A stretch of 59,365 nucleotides of DNA, counting the filler. It is 6 parts of 6 records of this genome, joined end to end, with 100 filler letters (N's around TTAATTAATTAA, not from the genome) between each part and the next. Parts side by side here need not be neighbours in the genome. Positions count along the whole stretch, not along the records: positions 1 to 13,349 come from DRR378314_2400; positions 13,450 to 22,617 come from DRR378314_2401; 4 more parts are not named here. One strand, written 5' to 3'. Made by a program: the position numbers and the translations under genes. Below are positions 12,369 through 21,728 of this stretch, piece after piece. Under the pieces are notes generated by a model. That model was given only the letters and a program-made list of their open reading frames with translations. It searched no databases and had not been told where the DNA came from. Positions within the stretch are counted from its first letter, which is position 1, and each line of letters begins with the position of its first letter.

Positions 12369-13178
12369 TTATTGATTCTCCGTTGTTGCAGTCGATGGGA
12401 GCGTAATCGGGGCGCCAACGTGGATGGTCCCACCCGATTCATGAATGGCGTTCGTTCCGAAAATCACGCCGTCCGAGGTTCGCCGATAAGTACCCAGCAT
12501 TCTTAAAGGCTGTAGATCTCCGGACTTCTCACCTCGATCCGGATCCACAGTGGTTACAACACACCGGGAACAGGGCTTTACCAGACTGAACGCTGTGTCG
12601 CCGATCAGCAGCGATGACCAACCATCTTCATCCCAGGGGCCTGCGCCCTCAACCACAATGTTCGGCCGAAAGCGTCGCATATCGATGGTGTTATCGAGAC
12701 GGGAATTCAGCTCTTCCAGGGATGCAAGGTTGGTGATCAGGAATGGAAAACCATCAGCAAAGCTGACCCGACGATACTCGGTAACACGGCTCGCATCAAC
12801 GCGACGGAAGGATTCATCAGGCATGAAAACGAAGCGAAAGGACTGCCCACAAAAACGGGAAAGCGCAGCCGATGCCGGCTCGTCTCCGTAGACGGCTTTT
12901 GCCCAATCCCGCCAGACCTTGACTCGGCACTCTTCACTCCCCGGCACCAACGGAAACTCCCCTTCCCCAGGGATGTCGATCGTGACCTGGCCCGCCACCA
13001 GACGGGTTTTTATTCTGGCGAGCTCTGGATTACTGCGCTGGGTGACAAACGCTTGCTCAGCATCAACAATCATCCAGCGTCGATCACCGGATGGGCCGAA
13101 ATCATCCATTTCGAACGAAGTAACCTGGATTCCAGCCAAGGATTTGACCGGATAGACATACAAAGAATGGACCTGCAT
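12369..13178 (-). CDS. MOSC domain protein (YcbX/mARC-like)
   Basis: LYVYPVKS, GDRRWM, FADGFP, RFRPNIV, KPCSRC motifs. Confidence 0.93.
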   Translation of the reverse strand: MQVHSLYVYPVKSLAGIQVTSFEMDDFGPSGDRRWMIVDAEQAFVTQRSNPELARIKTRLVAGQVTIDIPGEGEFPLVPGSEECRVKVWRDWAKAVYGDEPASAALSRFCGQSFRFVFMPDESFRRVDASRVTEYRRVSFADGFPFLITNLASLEELNSRLDNTIDMRRFRPNIVVEGAGPWDEDGWSSLLIGDTAFSLVKPCSRCVVTTVDPDRGEKSGDLQPLRMLGTYRRTSDGVIFGTNAIHESGGTIHVGAPITLPSTATTENQ

Positions 13179-13274
13179 GGGCGCTCCCGGAACACTGATA
13201 AAAAGGCCGCTAATTTGGCCTGGCAGTATAACCGAGAACAGGGTACGAAGACTGTGGCTTGCTGGCTAAAAACG

Positions 13275-13311
13275 AAAAAACCCGGCCGATTCTTTTGAAA
13301 AGGCCGGGTTT
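13275..13311 (-). terminator. Terminator downstream of tRNA-Gly
   Basis: AAACCCGGCC...GGCCGGGTTT stem followed by a T run on the minus strand. Confidence 0.75.
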
Positions 13312-13319
13312 CCGGAATC

Positions 13320-13349
13320 TGGAGCGGGAAACGAGATTCGAACTCGCGA
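13320..13349 (-). tRNA. tRNA-Gly, 3' end only (truncated by contig end)
   Basis: Reverse complement TCGCGAGTTCGAATCTCGTTTCCCGCTCCA is the T arm, acceptor strand and CCA of the gammaproteobacterial tRNA-Gly(GCC) type; anticodon not visible. Confidence 0.88.
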
Positions 13350-13449
13350 NNNNNNNNNNNNNNNNNNNNNNNNNNNNNNNNNNNNNNNNNNNNTTAATTA
13401 ATTAANNNNNNNNNNNNNNNNNNNNNNNNNNNNNNNNNNNNNNNNNNNN
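13350..13449. other. Artificial contig spacer 1
   Basis: 100 bp of N around TTAATTAATTAA (stops in all six frames). Confidence 0.99.
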
Positions 13450-13450
13450 T

Positions 13451-14062
13451 CACCGGGTCTGGAAGGATGCGATGATGGATTGGCTCGCCCCGCGTCCCGG
13501 CCAGCGGCTACTGGACGTCGCTGGCGGCACAGGGGACATTTCATTCCGGTTTCTCAAGCGCGCAGGTCACGGCCACGCCACTGTTCTGGACCTGACCGAG
13601 CCAATGTTGGTCGAAGGACGCCAACGCGCCGAGGCGGACCAGATGTCCGACAGCCTGAACTGGGTCGTAGGTGACGCAATGTCTCTGCCGTTCGAGGATA
13701 ACACCTTCGACGTCTACACCATCTCGTTCGGCATCCGGAACGTAACCCGCCCGCAAGAAGCCCTGAATGAGGCCTTCCGCGTGCTGAAACCCGGCGGACG
13801 CCTGATGGTGCTGGAATTCAGCCAGCTGCCCAATGACGGGCTGCAAAAGCTCTATGACCTCTACAGCTTCAACGTCATCCCCCGTATGGGCAAGCTGATT
13901 GCCAATGATTACGACAGTTATCAGTACCTGGTCGAATCGATCCGCAATTTTCCTGATCAAGAGACGTTCCTGAATATAGTCCGGACCGCCGGGTTCGAAA
14001 ACGCCAAGTATCGCAACTTGAGCATGGGCATTGCCGCATTGCATTCCGGCTGGAAAATCTAG
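13451..14062 (+). CDS. ubiE: Ubiquinone/menaquinone C-methyltransferase UbiE, 5'-truncated
   Basis: [46 protein letters not shown]. Confidence 0.96.
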   Translation, partial: HRVWKDAMMDWLAPRPGQRLLDVAGGTGDISFRFLKRAGHGHATVLDLTEPMLVEGRQRAEADQMSDSLNWVVGDAMSLPFEDNTFDVYTISFGIRNVTRPQEALNEAFRVLKPGGRLMVLEFSQLPNDGLQKLYDLYSFNVIPRMGKLIANDYDSYQYLVESIRNFPDQETFLNIVRTAGFENAKYRNLSMGIAALHSGWKI

Positions 14063-15592
14063 ATGCGCGGCCCTCATAACATCATTCGCCTGATCCGCAC
14101 AGGCGCCACTTTGGAACGCACTGGCGCAATGAATGTCGTACTGGACGCGTTCGAGGCCCCCCGTGCGCTGCGCATCCTGGCGCATACGCTGGGCAAACCC
14201 TTCCAGTGGTTGGGGTATAAGGGCGATCCCGACATGCCACCCGCGACTCGTGCCCTGACGGCGCTTGGTCCGGCCTATATCAAGTTTGGACAGATCCTTT
14301 CGACCCGTCCCGACGTGGTCGGGGACGAATTGGCCGAACAGCTGCGCGTGCTGCAAGACAAATTGCCTCCATTCTCCAAGGCCGAGGCCATAGCAGAAGT
14401 CGAAAAGGAATTGGGCCAGCCCGTCTCCGAGATGTTCAGTGAGTTCAGCGAGCCCATCGCCGCTGCGTCGATCGCTCAGGTCCACAAGGCCAAGCTGGTC
14501 AGCACCCAGGAAGATGTTGCGGTCAAAGTTCTGCGCCCGGGCATCGAACGTGCCTTCCGCAAGGACGTTGACGCCTTCTATTTTGCCGCCCGAATCGTCG
14601 ATCTGTTCGCACCTGGCGCGCGCCGCCTGCGCCCCATGGAGGTGATTGAGCATTTCGACGGAGTCGTCCGAGGAGAGCTTGACCTGCGCCTCGAAAGCGC
14701 CGCTGCCTCGGAATATGCCGCCAACACCAAGGACGATGCCGGATTCTGGTTGCCACCCGTGGTGTGGTCCCTTTCCGCGCGCCGGGTGATGACGCTCAGC
14801 TGGGCCGATGGCATCCCGCTGGGCGACAATACCGCCTTGGATGCTGCAGGGCACAACCGCAGCGATCTGGCGGAACGCGTCCTGCGGTTGTTTCTGCTGC
14901 ACGCCCTGCGTGATGGCTATTTCCATGCTGACATGCACCAGGGCAACCTCAAGGTTGCCGCGAACGGGGACATCATCGCCTATGATTACGGCATCATGGG
15001 CCATATCGACGAATACACACGCCGGGTCTATGCCGAGATTCTCTTTGGCTTCATCCGCCGCGATTACAAGCGCGTGGCCGAAGTACATTTCGAGGCAGGG
15101 TATGTTCCCGCCAATCAGGACGTGGACGAATTCGCCCGCGCCCTACGCGCGGTGGGCGAGCCGATCTTCGGCATGGATGCCACCTATATTTCAATGGGCC
15201 GGCTTCTAAGCTACCTGTTCGAGGTCACCGAACGCTTTGGTATGGAGACCCGGACAGAACTTATCCTTCTGCAACGCACAATGGTGGTCGTGGAAGGCGT
15301 CGCCCGATCACTTGACGATCACATGAATATCTGGGAAGTCGCCCGCCCCGTCGTCGAGGACTATATCAAGCAGTCTATAGGCCCCCGCGCTGCCTTGCGG
15401 GACTTTGGCAAAACGGCCATGGTGCTCGCCCGTTTTGGCCCACGCCTGCCAACACTTGTCGAAAACGCCCTGATGGCGCAAACCGGGAAAGATGATCAAC
15501 AGGGGTCCGGCAAAATTGCCATGCTCCTGCCTGCCGCCATTGGTGCTGCCGCCGGAATAGCAGCCACTCTTGCCGCTATGACGTTCGGCTGA
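14063..15592 (+). CDS. ubiB: Ubiquinone biosynthesis kinase-like protein UbiB
   Basis: LGPAYIKFGQILSTRPD, AAASIAQVH, VAVKVLRP, YFHADMHQGN; adjacent to ubiE. Confidence 0.96.
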   Translation: MRGPHNIIRLIRTGATLERTGAMNVVLDAFEAPRALRILAHTLGKPFQWLGYKGDPDMPPATRALTALGPAYIKFGQILSTRPDVVGDELAEQLRVLQDKLPPFSKAEAIAEVEKELGQPVSEMFSEFSEPIAAASIAQVHKAKLVSTQEDVAVKVLRPGIERAFRKDVDAFYFAARIVDLFAPGARRLRPMEVIEHFDGVVRGELDLRLESAAASEYAANTKDDAGFWLPPVVWSLSARRVMTLSWADGIPLGDNTALDAAGHNRSDLAERVLRLFLLHALRDGYFHADMHQGNLKVAANGDIIAYDYGIMGHIDEYTRRVYAEILFGFIRRDYKRVAEVHFEAGYVPANQDVDEFARALRAVGEPIFGMDATYISMGRLLSYLFEVTERFGMETRTELILLQRTMVVVEGVARSLDDHMNIWEVARPVVEDYIKQSIGPRAALRDFGKTAMVLARFGPRLPTLVENALMAQTGKDDQQGSGKIAMLLPAAIGAAAGIAATLAAMTFG

Positions 15593-15606
15593 CGCCAATC
15601 CGCCTG

Positions 15607-15673
15607 CTTCATCTGGCTTTAAATATCTTCGGGGGGATCGCGCCAAAAGCGCGATGGGGGGCAGACAGCCCCC
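15607..15673. repeat. Rhodobacteraceae-type intergenic palindromic element
   Basis: CTTCATCTGG...AAATATC-GGGGGG followed by hairpins ATCGCGC-caaaa-GCGCGAT and GGGGGC-agaca-GCCCCC between convergent genes. Only one copy in the window, so repeat status is inferred. Confidence 0.5.
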
Positions 15674-15687
15674 CTACACGGAATCAA

Positions 15688-16863
15688 TCAAAGCCGCTCG
15701 ATAGCAATGGCAATCCCCTGTCCGCCCCCTATACACATGGTAATCAGCGCCTTGGATCCGCCGATGCGCTCCAGCTCGTACAGTGCTTTTAAGGTTATGA
15801 TTGCCCCGGTTGCCCCGACGGGATGCCCCAGAGCTATTGCGCCGCCATTCGGATTGACCTTGGATGCGTCCAAGCCAAGCTCTTGATTGACGGCCAGCGC
15901 CTGCGCAGCAAAGGCCTCATTGCTTTCGATCACATCAAAATCAGCCGCTGACAATCCCGTCTTCTTGAACAGGTTCTGCACCGCCGGAACCGGCCCGATT
16001 CCCATGACCTCTGGGCGCACACCAGCATGGGCATATCCCAAAATCTGCGCCTTTGGCTTCAATCCGGCCTTTTCTGCCGCGTCTGCCGTCGCCAAGACCA
16101 TCGCCGCAGCCCCGTCGTTGATACCCGAAGCATTGCCCGCCGTGACGCGCCCGTCTTTCTTAAACACCGCGCGAAGGCCAGCCAGCGCTTCTGCGGTTGT
16201 GGCCTTTGGATGCTCATCCACTTTGAAGTCGACCATCTCGCGTTTGATCTTTACCTGCACAGGCACGATCTGGCTTTCGAAGTATCCGGCTTCGATCGCT
16301 GCCGCCGCTCGTGTCTGGCTGCTCATCGCAAACGCATCCATCTGCTCACGGCTGATCTGATGTTCGTCGGCCACATTCTCAGCCGTCACACCCATATGAC
16401 CGGTTCCGAACGGGCAATTCAGCGCGCCCAGCATCATGTCGAGCGAGGTGACATCACCCATCTTAGCCCCCCATCTAGCCTGCGGCACGATATAGGGGCT
16501 GCGCGACATGCTCTCGGCGCCCCCAGCGATGGCGAAGTCAGCATCCCCCAGCATCAGGGATTGCATTGCCGACACAATCGCCTGCGCACCCGATCCACAT
16601 AAACGGTTCACGTTCATCGCCGGTGTCCCGTTCGGAATCCCCGCTTGCATCGCGGCAACGCGCGAAAGGTACATGTCGCGCGGCTCGGTGTTAATCACAT
16701 GACCGAACACCACGTGCCCGATCTGCCCACCCTCGACACCCGACCGTTCAAGCGCGGCTTCGGTTGCGACGGTCGCCAGATCAATCGGCGCGGTCGAGGC
16801 CAGCGCACCACCAAATGTACCGATGGCCGTACGCGCACCATCCAGAATAACGATATCGGTCAT
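15688..16863 (-). CDS. Acetyl-CoA C-acyltransferase (beta-ketothiolase, BktB-like)
   Basis: EPRDMYLSRVAA, VNRLCGSG, NASGINDGAAA, SNEAFA, GHPVGATG, CIGGGQG. Confidence 0.93.
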   Translation of the reverse strand: MTDIVILDGARTAIGTFGGALASTAPIDLATVATEAALERSGVEGGQIGHVVFGHVINTEPRDMYLSRVAAMQAGIPNGTPAMNVNRLCGSGAQAIVSAMQSLMLGDADFAIAGGAESMSRSPYIVPQARWGAKMGDVTSLDMMLGALNCPFGTGHMGVTAENVADEHQISREQMDAFAMSSQTRAAAAIEAGYFESQIVPVQVKIKREMVDFKVDEHPKATTAEALAGLRAVFKKDGRVTAGNASGINDGAAAMVLATADAAEKAGLKPKAQILGYAHAGVRPEVMGIGPVPAVQNLFKKTGLSAADFDVIESNEAFAAQALAVNQELGLDASKVNPNGGAIALGHPVGATGAIITLKALYELERIGGSKALITMCIGGGQGIAIAIERL

Positions 16864-16926
16864 GGATCACTCCTCCTGAGGTTGGCGGCAGTATGCACTC
16901 GCAGAAACCCTCTGTCGCCTGAGACG

Positions 16927-16989
16927 TCCCGTCACAGACGGAATTGACAATTGCATGTACAACACGCATGAAATTCCGTCATGACGGAC
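16927..16989. promoter_or_regulatory. Promoter/operator region of the XRE regulator: two palindromes flanking TTGACA
   Basis: TCCCGTC-aca-GACGGAA (16927-16943), TTGACA (16944-16949), and TTCCGTC-at-GACGGAC (16974-16989) overlapping the ATG. Confidence 0.6.
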
Positions 16990-17544
16990 AAAACGGACGA
17001 TATCCTGACACGCCTCCCCGCACGCCTGAAAGAGGCGCGCCGGGCCCAAGGCCTGTCCCTTGAAGCGGTCGCGAACCTCAGTGGTGTATCGCGCTCCATG
17101 GTCAGCCAGATCGAGCGGGGTGAAAGCAGCCCCACAATCTCGACCTTGTGGAATCTGACGCGCGCTCTGCAGGTGGATTTTGCCGGGTTGTTGGAGGACT
17201 CCAAAACTGCTGACCAGATTGAAGTCCTTAGAAACTCCGAGGTGCCCAGCATCGACAACATGGGCGAACGCTGCCGAATCCGCATCCTTTCTCCACCGGA
17301 AGAGGCTGGCGGCCACGAGGTTTATGATATCCAGCTCGATCAGGGCGGTGCCCTGAACAGCCAACCGCATGCGCGCGGTGCACAGGAACAGTTGACTGTG
17401 TTGGAAGGTGCGGTGCGTGTCACCTCCGGCACGGCTGTGTCCGAGTTGAGACAAGGGGACACCGCCCGGTACGCCGCTGACGTGGTACATTCCATTTCTG
17501 CCAGAGCCCCGGCACGGGTCTTCCTGATCGTGAAAAACGCTTAA
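16981..17544 (+). CDS. XRE-family HTH transcriptional regulator with C-terminal cupin domain
   Basis: [55 protein letters not shown]...[12 protein letters not shown] cupin. Confidence 0.93.
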   Translation: MTDKTDDILTRLPARLKEARRAQGLSLEAVANLSGVSRSMVSQIERGESSPTISTLWNLTRALQVDFAGLLEDSKTADQIEVLRNSEVPSIDNMGERCRIRILSPPEEAGGHEVYDIQLDQGGALNSQPHARGAQEQLTVLEGAVRVTSGTAVSELRQGDTARYAADVVHSISARAPARVFLIVKNA

Positions 17545-17555
17545 GTTCGGCGATA

Positions 17556-17627
17556 TTCCGCCTTCACGGAAATTTTTCCGTAATTCTGTAAATCCCCTAT
17601 TTGGGAATTTCATCCGTTATGTTAGAT
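17556..17627. promoter_or_regulatory. Tandem operator-like palindromes upstream of kbl
   Basis: TTCCG-ccttca-CGGAA (17556-17571), TTCCG-taattc-TGTAA (17576-17591), weaker ATCCG-ttatgt-TAGAT (17612-17627). Confidence 0.6.
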
Positions 17628-17653
17628 ACGCGACTCAGAGCAAGGAGATCGCC

Positions 17654-18838
17654 ATGGCAGATGCATTCCTGTCCCACATCACGGACACCCTGGAGCAGAT
17701 CGAATCCGAAGGTCTGTATAAACGCGAACGCATGATCACCTCGCCTCAGGGCGGTGAAATCACGGTCGGCGGACGCCGGGTCATAAACCTGTGTGCTAAC
17801 AACTATCTGGGTCTTGCGGATCACCCTGCCCTGATCGATGCAGCCAAGAACGCGATGGAACCCAAAGGGTTCGGTATGGCCTCGGTTCGTTTTATCTGCG
17901 GCACACAGGATATTCACCGCAAGCTTGAGCAGCGCCTGGCCAAGTTCCTGAACAAAGACGATTCCATTCTGTTTGCAGCCTGTTTCGATGCCAATGGCGG
18001 GTTGTTTGAACCATTGCTCGGACCAGAAGACGCCATCATCTCGGACAGCTTGAATCATGCCTCGATCATCGACGGGGTGCGGCTGTGCAAGGCCAAGCGC
18101 TATCGTTACATGAACAACGACATGAACGACCTCGAAGCCTGGTTGAAACAGGCGCGTGAGGACGGTGCGCGACACATCATGATCGCGACCGATGGCGTAT
18201 TCTCGATGGATGGCTATCTGGCCAACCTGCCGAAAATCCGCGAACTGGCCGACAAATATGACGCCGTTGTCATGGTCGATGATTGTCATGCCACAGGTTT
18301 CATGGGGCCGAACGGCGCGGGCACACCGGATCATTTCGGAGTTGATGTGGACATTCTGACGGGGACCTTGGGCAAAGCACTTGGGGGGGCAATCGGCGGC
18401 TATATCGCCGGGCCGCAGCCAGTGATCGACCTGCTGCGGCAGCGGGCGCGGCCCTATCTGTTTTCAAACTCGCTGCCGCCCTCTATCGTCGCTGCAGGTC
18501 TGGAAGCGATCCGCCTGGTCGAAGCCGGTGACATGCTGCGCGCACAAATGTTCGGCAATGCTAAATACTGGCGGGAAGGGTTAGAGAAACTGGGTTTCGA
18601 CCTGCTGCCCGGTGAACATCCGATCATACCGGTGATGCTGGGTGAGGCTACATTGGCCCAAGAGATGGCATCCCGGCTGTTTGATGAGGGCGTCTATGTT
18701 TCCGGTTTCTTCTTCCCGGTTGTGCCGCGTGGTCAGGCAAGGATCAGAACGCAGATGAATGCAGCCCTGAGCAAGGAAGAACTGGACCGGGCGCTGGCAG
18801 CCTTTGGCAAAGTTGGTAAAGAACTGGGGATAATCTGA
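17654..18838 (+). CDS. kbl: 2-amino-3-ketobutyrate CoA ligase (glycine C-acetyltransferase)
   Basis: [49 protein letters not shown] lysine; AAGGAG RBS. Confidence 0.97.
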   Translation: MADAFLSHITDTLEQIESEGLYKRERMITSPQGGEITVGGRRVINLCANNYLGLADHPALIDAAKNAMEPKGFGMASVRFICGTQDIHRKLEQRLAKFLNKDDSILFAACFDANGGLFEPLLGPEDAIISDSLNHASIIDGVRLCKAKRYRYMNNDMNDLEAWLKQAREDGARHIMIATDGVFSMDGYLANLPKIRELADKYDAVVMVDDCHATGFMGPNGAGTPDHFGVDVDILTGTLGKALGGAIGGYIAGPQPVIDLLRQRARPYLFSNSLPPSIVAAGLEAIRLVEAGDMLRAQMFGNAKYWREGLEKLGFDLLPGEHPIIPVMLGEATLAQEMASRLFDEGVYVSGFFFPVVPRGQARIRTQMNAALSKEELDRALAAFGKVGKELGII

Positions 18839-19881
18839 TGCGCGCGAACACGATGAAAGCGCTTGAAAAGTCCAAGCCCCAGGAAGGGCTTTGGATGGTT
18901 CAGGCCCCTGTACCCGAGATTGGCCCGGACGAGGTTCTGATCCGTATCTACAAGACCGGCATCTGCGGCACGGATATCCATATTTGGAACTGGGATGACT
19001 GGGCTGCGGCAACGGTACCTGTTCCGATGATCACCGGCCACGAGTTCGCTGGTGAAATCGTCGAGATTGGGCGAAATGTAGCCGGGTTCGAGATCGGACA
19101 GCGATGTTCTGGCGAAGGGCATCTGATCGGAACGGACAGCCGCCAGAGCCGTGCAGGCAAGTTCCATCTGGACCCAGGCACGCGCGGCATCGGAGTAAAT
19201 GAACAAGGGGCGTTTGCGGAATATCTGAAGCTGCCCGCTTTCAACGTCGTTCCGCTGCCGGATGACATCCCGGATGAGATCGGAGCGATCCTCGACCCGC
19301 TGGGCAATGCCGTGCACACGGCGCTGAGTTTCGACCTGCTGGGCGAGGATGTCCTGATCACAGGTGCAGGCCCGATCGGCATCATGGCGGCCGCAGTCGC
19401 ACGCCATGCCGGGGCGAGAAATGTGGTGATAACTGACATCAATGCCGAACGGCTGAAACTGGCAGAACATGTAGCCCCATCGATACGCACGGTGGATGTC
19501 ACAAAAGAAGAGTTGCCCGATGTCATCACCGAACTGGGGATGAAAGAAGGCTTTGACGTGGGTCTGGAGATGTCGGGCTCGCAGGCCGCTTTGGATCAGA
19601 TGGTCGAAGCGCTGGTCATGGGCGGCAAGATCGCACTGTTGGGCATCCCGCCCGGTCAGTCCCCCGTCGACTGGAACCGCATTGTCTTCAAAGCCATCAC
19701 CATCAAGGGTGTCTACGGCCGAGAAATGTTCGAGACCTGGTACAAGATGATCGCCATGCTGCAGAACGGTTTGGACGTCAGCCGCGTGATCACACATCAG
19801 TTTGGCGTTGACGATTTTGCCGAAGGGTTTTCAGCGATGAAATCGGGCCTGTCAGGAAAGGTTGTTCTGGACTGGACCTGA
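18838..19881 (+). CDS. tdh: L-threonine 3-dehydrogenase
   Basis: [43 protein letters not shown] coupling to kbl. Confidence 0.96.
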   Translation: MRANTMKALEKSKPQEGLWMVQAPVPEIGPDEVLIRIYKTGICGTDIHIWNWDDWAAATVPVPMITGHEFAGEIVEIGRNVAGFEIGQRCSGEGHLIGTDSRQSRAGKFHLDPGTRGIGVNEQGAFAEYLKLPAFNVVPLPDDIPDEIGAILDPLGNAVHTALSFDLLGEDVLITGAGPIGIMAAAVARHAGARNVVITDINAERLKLAEHVAPSIRTVDVTKEELPDVITELGMKEGFDVGLEMSGSQAALDQMVEALVMGGKIALLGIPPGQSPVDWNRIVFKAITIKGVYGREMFETWYKMIAMLQNGLDVSRVITHQFGVDDFAEGFSAMKSGLSGKVVLDWT

Positions 19882-19944
19882 TTTGCTGGAAAATTGCAAA
19901 ACTGGCCTCTAAACAGGGTGCAAGCGACCTACCGGAGGACCAAG

Positions 19945-20826
19945 ATGGGCAGCAAAAAAGATGACCGATTGCTGGAACGTGGGATCGAGGACACTCTGGT
20001 CACCGATTTCGCTGAGAAGCATCGCAAGAGCTATGGTGATTTTCTTCAACTGAAAACTCTGCTTAACCTGCAAGAAACTTTTCAGGACCCGGCACAACCT
20101 GACGAGATGTTGTTCATCATCATCCATCAGGTCAGTGAATTGTGGCTGAAACTGATGCATCATCAGCTCCTCGAGGTACGTCGCTTCCTGCAGGCAGACG
20201 ACTTTGGCCCGGCAATGAAAAACCTCGACCGGATCAAGGCGATCCAGCGGCAGTTGATTACGGCGTGGGAAACCCTGTTGACGATGACACCTGCCGACTA
20301 CATGACCTTTCGGCATGCACTTGGAAACTCATCAGGGTTCCAAAGCTATGGCTATCGACAGATCGAATTCATCTTTGGGAACAAGGATGCCTCGACGCTC
20401 AAGGTACACGCTCATGACCCTGAGGTCATGGAAATGCTGAACGCGGCACTCACCAAACCATCGCTGTATGATGAAGTGCTGCATATGCTGGCCCGGCAAG
20501 GTTTTGATGTACCACAAGACCTGATCGAACGAGATTACGCCCAGCCCTATTCTGGCGATCCGCGCATTGTCAAAATCTGGGTCGAAGTCTTCCGCAATCC
20601 CGAAAAATACTGGGATCTCTATGCGCTGGCTGAAAAGTTGATGGATGTGGAATCCCTGTTCCAGCGCTGGCGGTTCGACCATGCAACAGCCGTGGAACGC
20701 GTGATCGGGATGCAGCCTGGCACCGGTGGTTCCAGCGGAGTTGCCTTCTTGCGTAAAGCCCTTGAGCTACGGTTCTTCCACGATCTCTATGATATGCGGA
20801 CGAAACTGATTTACGCCGAGGACTAA
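19945..20826 (+). CDS. kynA: Tryptophan 2,3-dioxygenase
   Basis: DEMLFIIIHQVSELWLK, FRHALGNSSGFQS, WRFDH, VERVIG..PGTGGSSG; GGAGG RBS before ATG 19945. Confidence 0.94.
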   Translation: MGSKKDDRLLERGIEDTLVTDFAEKHRKSYGDFLQLKTLLNLQETFQDPAQPDEMLFIIIHQVSELWLKLMHHQLLEVRRFLQADDFGPAMKNLDRIKAIQRQLITAWETLLTMTPADYMTFRHALGNSSGFQSYGYRQIEFIFGNKDASTLKVHAHDPEVMEMLNAALTKPSLYDEVLHMLARQGFDVPQDLIERDYAQPYSGDPRIVKIWVEVFRNPEKYWDLYALAEKLMDVESLFQRWRFDHATAVERVIGMQPGTGGSSGVAFLRKALELRFFHDLYDMRTKLIYAED

Positions 20827-20829
20827 GAC

Positions 20830-21657
20830 ATGCTGTATCGCGGCTTTACCCAGATCGAACTTGCGCAGGAATACTCTCCCAGCGCAATGGTCGGTGGTGA
20901 TATAACACCCTATCTGACCAGCTATGCCACGCTGAGCGCGAAGGCGAGGGCTGAGCTGGAGGTGAAAGAAAACACCGCTTTTGGCGACACTCCGGGGCAG
21001 GTTCTGGATTTCTTTCCAGCGTCGCGTCCAAATGCGCCTTTGCATGTCTTCATCCACGGCGGCTACTGGCAGGCGCTCAGTCAGCGTGAATCGGCCCTGA
21101 TGGCCCCGGCCTTGCATGAAAACGGGTACGCTTTTGCGACGCTGAACTATACGATTGCGCCCGAGGCACGGCTGGGCCAGATGGTCGAAGAATGCCGCAA
21201 CGCACTTCTTTGGTTAGCGTCTCAGGCCGATACGCTGGGTTTCGACCCCTCGCACATCATTCTCTCTGGCCACAGTGCAGGCGCCCATCTGGCAGCCATG
21301 GTCATGGCGACGTCATCAGACCTTTTGGCTAAGGCCGGGTTACGAATCCGCGATGTGATTCTGATCAGCGGTGTCTACGATCTAGAGCCGATCAGCCAAA
21401 CACCGGTAAATGAACCATTGCAGCTGACGCCGGTTGAAATACATGATCTTTCACCAATCCTTAATCTGCCCCTACCCGGCCCGCGGTATCATGTGACAGT
21501 GGCGGAAAGAGATACGGCTGAATTCATTCGCCAGAGCCGCACCTTTGCCGAACTGCTGCGGAAGGCTGGTCACTCAGTCAGCTTTGATTTGCAGCAGGGC
21601 ATGCATCATTTCGACATCATAATGCATGGATCAACCTTTGTGCCGCCCGCACATTGA
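20830..21657 (+). CDS. Alpha/beta-hydrolase, probable kynurenine formamidase (arylformamidase type)
   Basis: EYSPS, FIHGGYWQ, GHSAGAHL, SGVYDL, HFDII motifs; begins 3 nt after kynA. Confidence 0.82.
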   Translation: MLYRGFTQIELAQEYSPSAMVGGDITPYLTSYATLSAKARAELEVKENTAFGDTPGQVLDFFPASRPNAPLHVFIHGGYWQALSQRESALMAPALHENGYAFATLNYTIAPEARLGQMVEECRNALLWLASQADTLGFDPSHIILSGHSAGAHLAAMVMATSSDLLAKAGLRIRDVILISGVYDLEPISQTPVNEPLQLTPVEIHDLSPILNLPLPGPRYHVTVAERDTAEFIRQSRTFAELLRKAGHSVSFDLQQGMHHFDIIMHGSTFVPPAH

Positions 21658-21677
21658 CTGACCACATTGCAAACGAA

Positions 21678-21705
21678 AAACAGCGGCTTAGATAAGCCGC
21701 TGTTT
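21678..21705. terminator. Bidirectional terminator between the formamidase gene and infB
   Basis: AAACAGCGGCTTA-ga-TAAGCCGCTGTTT with an A run upstream and T-rich sequence downstream. Confidence 0.85.
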
Positions 21706-21728
21706 CCTGTTTTAGTAGGCAAAGATGA

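Noticed and set aside
13320..13349. tRNA-Gly 3' fragment as an attR/attL site of an integrated element
   Set aside because: The fragment is cut by the contig end and followed by a normal terminator and housekeeping genes; no integrase is seen, and a multicopy tRNA explains the assembly break
13541..15088. 515-aa ORF antisense to ubiE-ubiB (also 18733-19797 antisense to tdh)
   Set aside because: Mirror-frame artefacts of GC-rich coding sequence
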